DNA from: Eledone cirrhosa
Taxonomy: Eukaryota
Direction: 5' to 3'
Length of the DNA stretch: 64,000 nucleotides
Assembly (NCBI GenBank): GCA_964016885.1
Contig: OZ024742.1
Coordinates: 22,630,001-22,694,000 of the forward strand
Shown here: piece by piece, positions 53,501 through 64,000 of the stretch
Layout of the letters: each line of letters begins with the position of its first letter
Position numbering within the stretch: position 1 is the first letter of the stretch
Notes under the pieces: model-generated
Seen by the model: the letters and a program-made list of their open reading frames with translations, nothing else
Database searches by the model: none
Told to the model about the DNA's origin: nothing
Position numbers and translations under genes: made by a program

Positions 53501-56500
53501 CTCTTCTGTCACCTTAACCCACTCAAACAGAGACACAAGTATCGCGGTATCAAATTACCAAGATATTCCCCACTCTTCTGTCACCTTAACTCACTGAAAC
53601 AGAGACACAAGTATCGCGGTATCAAATTACCAAGAGATTCCCACTCTTCTGTCACCTTAATTCACTGAAACAGAGACACAAGTATCGCGGTATCAACTTA
53701 CCAAGAGATATCCCACTCTTCTGTCACCTTAACTCACTGAAACAGAGACACAAGTATCGCGGTGTGAAATTACCAAGAGGTTCCCCACTCTTCTGTCACC
53801 TTAACTCACTGAAACAGAGACACAAGTATCGCGGTATCAAATTACCAAGAAGTTCCCCTCTCTTCTGTCACATTAACTCACTGAAACAGAGACACAAGTA
53901 TCGCGGTATCCAATTACCAAGAGATTACCACTTTTCTGTCACCTTAACTCACTGAAACAGAGACACAAGTATCGCGGTATCAAATTACTAAGAGATTCCC
54001 CCCTCTTCTGTCACCTTAACTCACTGAAACAGAGACACAAGTATTGCGGTATCAAATTATCTAGAGATTCCCACTCTTCCGTCACCTTAACTCAGTGAAA
54101 CAGAGACACAAGTATCGCGGTATCAAATTACCAGGAGATTCCCACTCTTCTGTCACCTTAAGTCATTGAAACAGAGACACAAGTATCCTGGTATCAAATT
54201 ACCAGGAGATTCCCCACTCTTCTGTCACCTTAACTCACTGAAACAGAGACACAAGTATCGCGGTATCAACTTACCAAGAGATTACCACTCTTCTGTCACC
54301 TTAACTCACTGAAACAGAGACACAAGTATCGCGGTATCAAATTACCAAGATGTTCCCACACTTCTGTCACCTTAACTCACTGAAACAGAGACACAAGTAT
54401 CCCGGTATCAAATTACCAGGAGATTCCCCCCTCTTCTGTCACCTTAACTCACTGAAACAGAGACACAAGTATCGCGGTATCAAAGTACCAAGATATTCCC
54501 CACTCTTCACTCACCTTAACTCAATGAAACAGCGACACAAGTATCGCGTTATGCAATTACCAAGAGATTCCCACTCTTCTGTCACCTTAAATCACTGAAA
54601 CAGAGACACACGTATCGCGGTATCAAATTACCAAGAGATTCCCCCCTCTTCTGTCACCTTAACTCACTGAAACAGAGACACAAGTATCGCGGTATCAAAT
54701 TACCAAGAGATTCCCCCTCTTCTGTCACCTTAACTCACTAAAACAGAGACACAAGTATCGCGGTATCAAATTACCAGGAGATTCCCCCTCTTCTGTCACA
54801 TTAACTCACTGAAACAGAGACACAAGTATCGCGGTATCAAATTACCAAGAAATTACCACTCTTCTGTCACCTTAACTCACTGAAACAGAGACACAAGTAT
54901 CGCGGTGTCAAATTACCAAGAGATTACCACTCTTCTGTCACCTTAACTCACTGAAACAGAGACACAAGTATCGAGGTATCAAATTACCAGGAGATTCCCC
55001 CCTCTTCTGTCACCTTAACTCACTCAAACAGAGACACAAGTATCGCGGTATCAAATTACCAAGATATTCCCACCCTTCTGTCACCTTAACTCACTGAAAC
55101 AGAGACACAAGTATCGCGGTATCAAATTACCAAGAGATTACCACTCTTCTGTCATCTTAACTCACTGAAACAGAGACACAAGTATCGCGGTATCAAATTA
55201 CCAAGATATTCCCACTCTTCTGTCACCTTAACTCACTGAAACAGAGACACAAGTATCGCGGTATCAAATTACCAGGAGATTCCCCCTCTTCTGTCACATT
55301 AACTCACTGAAACAGAGACACAAGTATCGCGGTATCAAATTACCAAGAAATTACCACTCTTCTCTCACCTTAACTCACTGAAACAGAGACACAAGTATCG
55401 CGGTATCAAATTACCAAGAGATTCCCCCCTCCTCTGTCACCTTAACTCACTGAAACAGAGACACAAGTATCGCGGTATCAACTTACCAAGAGATATCCCA
55501 CTCTTCTGTCACCTTAACTCACTGAAACAGAGACACAAGTATCGCGGTGTCAAATTACCAAGAGGTTCCCCACTCTTCTGTCACCTTAACTCACTGAAAC
55601 AGAGACACAAGTATCGCGGTATCAAATTACCAAGAAGTTCCCCTCTCTTCTGTCACATTAACTCACTGAAACAGAGACACAAGTATCGCGGTATCAAATT
55701 ACCAAGAGATTACCACTTTTCTATCACCTTAACTCACTGAAACAGAGACACAAGTATCGCGGTATCAAATTACTAAGAGATTCCCCCTCTTCTGTCACCT
55801 TAACTCACTGAAACAGAGACACAAGTATTGCGGTATCAAATTATCTAGAGATTCCCACTCTTCCGTCACCTTAACTCAGTGAAACAGAGACACAAGTATC
55901 GCGGTATCAAATTACCAGGAGATTCCCACTCTTCTGTCACCTTAAGTCATTGAAACAGAGACACAAGTATCCCGGTATCAAATTACCAGGAGATTCCCCA
56001 CTCTTCTGTCACCTTAACTCACTGAAACAGAGACACAAGTATCGCGGTATCAACTTACCAAGAGATTACCACTCTTCTGTCACCTTAACTCACTGAAACA
56101 GAGACACAAGTATCGCGGTATCAAATTACCAAGAGATTCCCCACTCTTCTGTCACCTTAATTCACTGAAACAGAGACACAAGTATCGCGGTATCAAATTA
56201 CCAAGATATTCCCACACTTCTGTCACCTTAACTCACTGAAACAGAGACACAAGTATCCCGGTATCAAATTACTAGGAGATTCCCCCCTCTTCTGTCACCT
56301 TAACTCACTGAAACAGAGACACATGTATCGCGGTATCAAATTACCAAGAGATTACCACACTTCTGTCACCTTAACTCACTGAAACAGAGACACAAGTATC
56401 GCGGTATCAAAGTACCAAGAGATTCCCCACTCTTCTCTCACCTTAACTCAATGAAACAGAGACACAAGTATCGCGTTATGCAATTACCAAGAGATTCCCA

Positions 56501-58680
56501 CTCTTCTGTCACCTTAAATCACTGAAACAGAGACACACGTATCGCGGTATCAAATTACCAAGAGATTCCCCCCTCTTCTGTCACCTTAACTCACTGAAAC
56601 AGAGACACAAGTATCGCGGTATCAAATTACCAAGAGATTCACCCTCTTCTGTCACCTTAACTCACTAAAACAGAGACACACGTATCGCGGTATCAAATTA
56701 CCAAGAGATTCCCCCCTCTTCTGTCACCTTAATTCACTGAAACAGAGAAGCAAGTATCGCGGTATCAAATTACCAGGAGATTCCCCCCTCTTCTGTCACC
56801 TTAACTCACTGAAACAGAGACACAAGTATCGCCGTATCAAATTACCAAGAGAATACCACTCTTCTGTCACCTTAACTCACTGAAACAGAGACACAAGTAT
56901 CGCGGTATCAAATTACCAAGAGATTCCCCACTCTTCTGTCACGTTAACTCACTGAAACAGAGACACGAGTATCGCGTTATGGAATTACCAAGAGATTCCC
57001 ACTCTTCTGTCACCTTAAATCATTGAAACAGAGACACAAGTATCGCGGTATCAAATTACCAAGAGATTCCCACTCTTCTGTCACCTTAATTCACTGAAAC
57101 AGAGACACAAGTATCGCGGTATCAACTTACCAAGAGATATCCCACTCTTCTGTCACCTTAACTCACTGAAACAGAGACACAAGTATCGCGGTGTCAAATT
57201 ACCAAGAGGTTCCCCACTCTTCTGTCACCTTAACTCACTGAAACAGAGACACAAGTATCGCGGTATCAAATTACCAAGAAGTTCCCCTCTCTTCTGTCAC
57301 ATTAACTCACTGAAACAGAGACACAAGTATCGCGGTATCAAATTACCAAGAGATTACCACTTTTCTGTCACCTTAACTCACTGAAACAGAGACACAAGTA
57401 TCGCGGTATCAAATTACTAAGAGATTCCCCCTCTTCTGTCACCTTAACTCACTGAAACAGAGACACAAGTATTGCGGTATCAAATTATCTAGAGATTCCC
57501 ACTCTTCCGTCACCTTAACTCAGTGAAACAGAGACACAAGTATCGCGGTATCAAATTACCAGGAGATTCCCACTCTTCTGTCACCTTAAGTCATTGAAAC
57601 AGAGACACAAGTATCCCGGTATCAAATTACCAGGAGATTCCCCACTCTTCTGTCACCTTAACTCACTGAAACAGAGACACATGTATCGCGGTATCAACTT
57701 ACCAAGAGATTACCACTCTTCTGTCACCTTAACTCACTGAAACAGAGACACAAGTATCGCGGTATCAAATTACCAAGAGATTCCCCACTCTTCTGTCACC
57801 TTAATTCACTGAAACAGAGACACAAGTATCGCGGTATCAAATTACCAAGATATTCCCACACTTCTGTCACCTTAACTCACTGAAACAGAGACACAAGTAT
57901 CCCGGTATCAAATTACCAGGAGATTCCCCCCTCTTCTGTCACCTTAACTCACTGAAACAGAGACACAAGTATCGCGGTATCAAATTACCAAGAGATTACC
58001 ACACTTCTGTCACCTTAACTCACTGAAACAGAGACACAAGTATCGCGGTATCAAAGTACCAAGAGATTCCCCACTCTTCTCTCACCTTAACTCAATGAAA
58101 CAGAGACACAAGTATCGCGTTATGCAATTACCAAGAGATTCCCACTCTTCTGTCACCTTAAATCACTGAAACAGAGACACACGTATCGCGGTATCAAATT
58201 ACCAAGAGATTCCCCCCTCTTCTGTCACCTTAACTCACTGAAAGAGAGACACAAGTATCGCGGTATCAAATTACCAAGAGATTCACCCTCTTCTATCACC
58301 TTAACTCACTAAAACAGAGACACACGTATCGCGGTATCAAATTACCAAGAGATTCCCCCCTCTTCTGTCACCTTAATTCACTGAAATAGAGACACAAGTA
58401 TCGCGGTATCAAATTACCAGGAGATTCCCCCCTCTTCTGTCACCTTAACTCACTGAAACAGAGACACAAGTATCGCCGTATCAAATTACCAAGAGAATAC
58501 CACTCTTCTGTCACCTTAACTCACTGAAACAGAGACACAAGTATCGCGGTATCAAATTACCAAGAGATTCCCCACTCTTCTGTCACGTTAACTCACTGAA
58601 ACAGAGACACGAGTATCGCGTTATGGAATTACCAAGAGATTCCCACTCTTCTGTCACCTTAAATCACTGAAACAGAGACA
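50530..58680. repeat. HOR domain with 21-, 28- and 23-monomer units; 23-mer (1644 bp) tandem duplication at ~55460-58680
   Basis: The domain-specific TTATGCAATT/AAATCACTG/ACACGT variants occur at ~51050, 52549, 54549, 56476 and 58120. TTATGGAATT at 56977 and 58621 (offset 1644). CAGCGACAC at 51031 and 54530 (offset 3499, 49 monomers). Confidence 0.85.
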
Positions 58681-61600
58681 CAAGCATCGCGGTATCAAAT
58701 TACCAAGAGATTCCCACTCTTCTGTCACCTTAACTCGCTGAAACAGAGACACAAGTATCGCAGTATCAAATTACCAAGCGATTCCCACCCTTCTGTCACC
58801 TTAACTCACTGAAACAGAGACACAAGTATCGCGGCATCAAATTACCAAGAGATTCACACTATTCTGTCACCTTAACTCACCGAAACAGAGACACAAGTAT
58901 CGCGGTATCAAATTACCAAGAGATTCCCCACTCTTCTGTCACCTTAACTCACTGAAACAGAGACACAAGTATCGCAGTATCAAATTACCAAGAGATTCCC
59001 CACTCTTCTGTCACCTTAACTCACTGAAACAGAGACACAAGTATCGCGGTATCAAATTACCAAGAGATTCCCACACTTCTGTCACCTTAACTCACTGAAA
59101 TATAGACACAAGTATCTCGGTATCAAATTACCAAGAGATTCCCACTCTTCTGTTACCTCAGCTCACTGAAACAGAGACACAAGTATCGCGGTATCAAATT
59201 ACCAAGAGATACCCCACTCTTTTGTCACCTTAACTCACTGAAACAGAGACACAAGTATCGCAGTGTCAAATTACCAAGAGATTCCCACTCTTCAGTAACC
59301 TTAACTCACTGAGACAGAGTCAAAAGTATTGCGGTATCAAATTATCTAGAGATTCCCACTCTTCTGTCACCTTAACTCACTGAAACAGAGACACAAGTAT
59401 CGCGGTATTAAATTACCAAGAGATTCCCACTCTTCTGTCACCTTAACTCACTGAAACAGAGACACAAGTATCGCGGTATCAAATTACCAGGAGATTCCCC
59501 CCTCTTCTGTCACCTTAACTCACTCAAACAGAGACACAAGTATCGCGGTATCAAATTACCAAGATATTCCCACTCTTCTGTTACCTCAGCTCACTGAAAC
59601 AGAGACACAAGTATCGCGGTATCAAATTACCAAGAGATACCCCACTCTTTTGTCACCTTAACTCACTGAAACAGAGACACAAGTATCGCGGTGTCAAATT
59701 ACCAAGAGATTCCCACTCTTCAGTCACCTTAACTCACTGAAACAGAGTCAAAAGTATTGCGGTATCAAATTATCTAGAGATTCCCACTCTTCTGTCACCT
59801 TAACTCACCGAAACAGAGACACAAGTATCGCGGTGTCAAATTACAAAGAGATTACCACTCTTCTGTCACCTTAACTCACTGAAACAGAGACACAAGTATC
59901 GCGGTATCAAATTACCAAGAGGTTCCCCACTCTACTGTCACCTTAACTCACTGAAACAGAGACACAAGTATTGCGGTATCAAATTACCAAGAGATTCCCA
60001 CACTTCTGTCACCTTAACTCACTGAAATATAGACACAAGTATCTCGGTATCAAATTACCAAGAGATTCCCCCCTCTTCTGTCACCTTAAGTCACTGAAAC
60101 AGAGACACAAGTATAGCGGTATCAAATTACCAAGAGATTCCCACTCTTCTGTCACCTTAACTCGCTGAAACAGAGACACAAGTATCGCGGTATCAAATTA
60201 CCAAGAGATTCCCAATCTTCTGTCACCTTAACTCACTGAAACAGAGACACAAGTATCGCGGTATCAAATTACCAAGAAATTACCTCGCTTCTGTCACCTT
60301 AACTCACTGAAACAGAGACACAAGTATCGCGGTATCAAATTACCAAGAGATTACCACTCTTCTGTCAGTTTAACTCACTGAAACAGAGACACAAGTATCG
60401 CGGTATCAAATTACCAAGATATTCCCCCCTCTTCTGTCACCTTAACCCACTGAAACAGAGACACAAGTATCGCGGTATCAAATTACCAAGAGATTCCCAC
60501 TCTTCTGTCACCTTAACTCACTGAAATATAGACACAAGTATCTCGGTATCAAATTACCAAGAGATTCCCACTCTTCTGTTACCTCAGCTCACTGAAACAG
60601 AGACACAAGTATCGCGGTATCAAATTACCAAGAGATACCCCACTCTTTTGTCACCTTAACTCACTGAAACAGAGACACAAGTATCGCGGTGTCAAATTAC
60701 CAAGAGATTCCCACTCTTCAGTAACCTTAACTCACTGAGACAGAGTCAAAAGTATTGCGGTATCAAATTATCTAGAGATTCCCACTCTTCTGTCACCTTA
60801 ACTCACTGAAACAGAGACACAAGTATCGCGGTATTAAATTACCAAGAGATTCCCACTCTTCTGTCACCTTAACTCACTGAAACAGAGACACAAGTATCGC
60901 GGTATCAAATTACCAGGAGATTCCCCCCTCTTCTGTCACCTTAACTCACTCAAACAGAGACACAAGTATCGCGGTATCAAATTACCAAGATATTCCCACT
61001 CTTCTGTTACCTCAGCTCACTGAAACAGAGACACAAGTATCGCGGTATCAAATTACCAAGAGATACCCCACTCTTTTGTCACCTTAACTCACTGAAACAG
61101 AGACACAAGTATCGCGGTGTCAAATTACCAAGAGATTCCCACTCTTCAGTCACCTTAACTCACTGAAACAGAGTCAAAAGTATTGCGGTATCAAATTATC
61201 TAGAGATTCCCACTCCTCTGTCAACTTAACTCACTGAAACAGAGACACAAGTATCGCGGTGTCAAATTACCAAGAGATTCCCCCCTCTTCTGTCACCTTA
61301 AGTCACTGAAACAGAGACACAAGTATAGCGGTATCAAATTACCAAGATATTCCCACTCTTCTGTTACCTCAGCTCACTGAAACAGAGACACAAGTATCGC
61401 GGTATCAAATTACCAAGAGATACCCCACTCTTTTGGCACCTTAACTCACTGAAACAGAGACACAAGTATCGCGGTGTCAAATTACCAAGAGATTCCCACT
61501 CTTCAGTCACCTTAACTCACTGAAACAGAGTCAAAAGTATTGCGGTATCAAATTATCTAGAGATTCCCACTCCTCTGTCAACTTAACTCACTGAAACAGA

Positions 61601-64000
61601 GACACAAGTATCGCGGTGTCAAATTACCAAGAGATTCCCCCCTCTTCTGTCACCTTAAGTCACTGAAACAGAGACACAAGTATAGCGGTATCAAATTACC
61701 AAGAGTTTCCCACTCTTCTGTCACCTTAACTCGCTGAAACAGAGACACAAGTATCGCGGTATCAAATTACCAAGAGATTCCCACTCTTCTGTCACCTTAA
61801 CTCACTGAAACAGAGACACAAGTATCGCGGTATCAAATTAACAAGAGATTACCACGCTTCTGTCACCTTAACTCACTGAAACAGAGACACAAGTATCGCG
61901 GTATCAAATTACCAAGATATTCCCCCCTCTTCTGTCACCTTAACTCACTGAAACAGAGACACAAGTATCGCGGTATCAAATTACCAAGAGATTCCCACTC
62001 TTCTGTCACCTTAACTCACTGAAATATAGACACAAGTATCTCGGTATCAAATTACAAAGAGATTCCCACTCTTCTGTTACCTTAGCTCACTGAAACAGAG
62101 ACACATGTATCGCGGTATCAAATTACCAAGAGATACCCCACTCTTTTGTCACCTTAACTCACTGAAAAAGAGACACAAGTACCGCGGTGTCAAATTACCA
62201 AGAGATTCCCACTCTTCAGTCACCTTAACTCACTGAAACAGAGACACAAGTATCGCGGTATCAAATTACCAGGAGATTCCCCCCTTTTCTGTCACATTAA
62301 CTCACTGAAACAGAGACACAAGTATCGCGGTATCAAATTACCAAGAAATTACCACTCTTCTGTCACCTTAACTCACTGAAACAGAGACACAAGTATCGCG
62401 GTATCAGATTACCAAGAGATTCCCACTATTCCGTCACCTTAACTCACTGAAACAGAGACACAAGTATCGCAGTATCAAATTACCAAGAGATTCCCACCCT
62501 TCTGTCACCTTAACTCACTGAAACAGAGACACAAGTATCGCGGTATCAAATTACCAAGAGATTCCCACTATTCTGTCACCTTAACTCACTGAAACAGAGA
62601 CACAAGTATCGCGGTATCAAATTATCAAGAGATTCCCCACTCTTCTGTCACCTTAACTCACTGAAACAGAGACACAAGTATCGCAGTATCAAATTACCAA
62701 GAGATTCCCCACTCTTCTGTCACCTTAACTCACTGAAACAGAGACACAAGTATCGCGGTATCAAATTACCAAGAGATTCCCACACTCCTGTCACCTTAAC
62801 TCACTGAAATATAGACACAAGTATCTCGGTATCAAATTACCAAGAGATTCCCACTCTTCTGTCACCTTAAGTCACTGAAACAGAGACACAAGTATAGCGG
62901 TATCAAATTACCAACAGATTCCCACTCTTCTGTCACCTTAACTCGCTTAAACAGAGACACAAGTATCGCGGTATCAAATTACCAAGAGATTCCCACTCTT
63001 CTGTCACCTTAACTCACTGAAACAGAGACACAAGTATCGCGGTATCAAATTACCAAGAGATTACCACTCTTCTGTCACCTTAACTCACTGAAACAGAGAC
63101 ACAAGTATCGCGGTATCAAATTACCAAGAGATTACCACTCTTCTGTCACTTTAACTCACTGAAACAGAGACACAAGTATCGCGGTATCAAATTACCAAGA
63201 TATTCCCCCCTCTTCTGTCACCTTAACTCACTGAAACAGAGACACAAGTATCGCGGTATCAAATTACCAAGAGATTCCCACTCTTCTGTCACCTTAACTC
63301 ACTGAAATATAGACACAAGTATCTCGGTATCAAATTACCAAGAGATTCCCACTCTTCTGTTACCTCAGCTCACTGAAACAGAGACACAAGTATCGCGGTA
63401 TCAAATTACCAAGAGATACCCCACTCTTTTGTCACCTTAACTCACTGAAACAGAGACACAAGTATCGCGGTGTCAAATTACCAAGAGATTCCCACTCTTC
63501 AGTAACCTTAACTCACTGAGACAGAGTCAAAAGTATTGCGGTATCAAATTATCTAGAGATTCCCACTCTTCTGTCACCTTAACTCACTGAAACAGAGACA
63601 CAAGTATCGCGGTATTAAATTACCAAGAGATTCCCACTCTTCTGTCACCTTAACTCACTGAAACAGAGACACAAGTATCGCGGTATCAAATTACCAAGAG
63701 ATTCCCACTCTTCTGTCACCTTAACTCACTGAAACAGAGACACAAGTATCGCGGTATCAAATTAACAAGAGATTACCACGCTTCTGTCACCTTAACTCAC
63801 TGAAACAGAGACACAAGTATCGCGGTATCAAATTACCAAGATATTCCCCCCTCTTCTGTCACCTTAACTCACTGAAACAGAGACACAAGTATCGCGGTAT
63901 CAAATTACCAAGAGATTCCCACTCTTCTGTCACCTTAACTCACTGAAATATAGACACAAGTATCTCGGTATCAAATTACAAAGAGATTCCCACTCTTCTG
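58680..64000. repeat. Distinct sub-family domain with shorter, less regular HORs (5-, 20-, 39-monomer spacings)
   Basis: Domain-specific markers are GAGACAGAGTCAAAAG (59311, 60737, 63518), GTTACCTCAGC and GTATAGCGG...CTCGCT. A 357-bp (5-mer) duplication is marked by CTCCTCTGTCAACTT at 61213 and 61570. Confidence 0.8.

Larger units (their letters stand above)
1..64000. repeat. Tandem satellite DNA array, 71/72-bp monomer, ~895-900 head-to-tail copies in one orientation; extends beyond both window ends
   Basis: The motif AAGTATCGCGGTATCAAATTACC...TCACCTTAACTCACTGAAACAGAGACAC recurs every 71-72 bp from base 1 to 64000. Copies differ from consensus by about 0-5 substitutions. The length difference comes mainly from the C-tract after GAGAT. 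Copy number estimated as 64000/~71.3. Confidence 0.99.

Noticed and set aside
7555-60168. All 19 ORFs in the six-frame track as protein-coding genes
   Set aside because: Each is a translation of 3-5 satellite monomers, several start at TTG/GTG, and they recur at HOR periods. Most monomers are 71 bp and frameshift. There is no unique coding context.
1-64000. CRISPR array (constant repeat plus variable segment)
   Set aside because: There are no unique 25-45 bp spacers. The variable part is a 7-8 nt C-rich tract with few, mutually related alleles. No leader or cas genes are present.
1-64000. Embedded transposon, inversion, telomeric repeat or unique island
   Set aside because: Reading through the window I found no non-monomer stretch and no reverse-orientation monomer (GTGTCTCTGTTTCAG never seen on the plus strand).
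1-64000. Assignment to a named satellite family or species
   Set aside because: I do not recognise the monomer with confidence. BLASTn or Dfam/Repbase searches with the consensus dimer would be needed.

Overview
The whole 64-kb window is one uninterrupted head-to-tail tandem satellite array in a single orientation. It holds about 895-900 copies of a 71/72-bp monomer, consensus AAGTATCGCGGTATCAAATTACCAAGAGATTCCC(C)ACTCTTCTGTCACCTTAACTCACTGAAACAGAGACAC (~42% GC; exact copy at 2854-2924). Both ends run off the window. I see no unique sequence, genes, RNA genes, transposon insertions or inversions, and every ORF in the track is a translation of the repeat. The information lies in the order of monomer variants. 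These form nested higher-order repeats (HORs) of 4, 5, 7, 12, 16, 20/21, 23, 28, 30, 37 and 38 monomers, a recurring 5-monomer cassette that heads many HOR units, and two copies of a 10-19 kb super-unit with different internal expansions. The monomer can be drawn as a tRNA-sized four-way junction whose most variable bases lie in the middle hairpin loop, and it has ~10-bp-phased AA/TT steps. This fits a eukaryotic heterochromatic or (peri)centromeric-type satellite. I cannot name the organism or the family from sequence alone.
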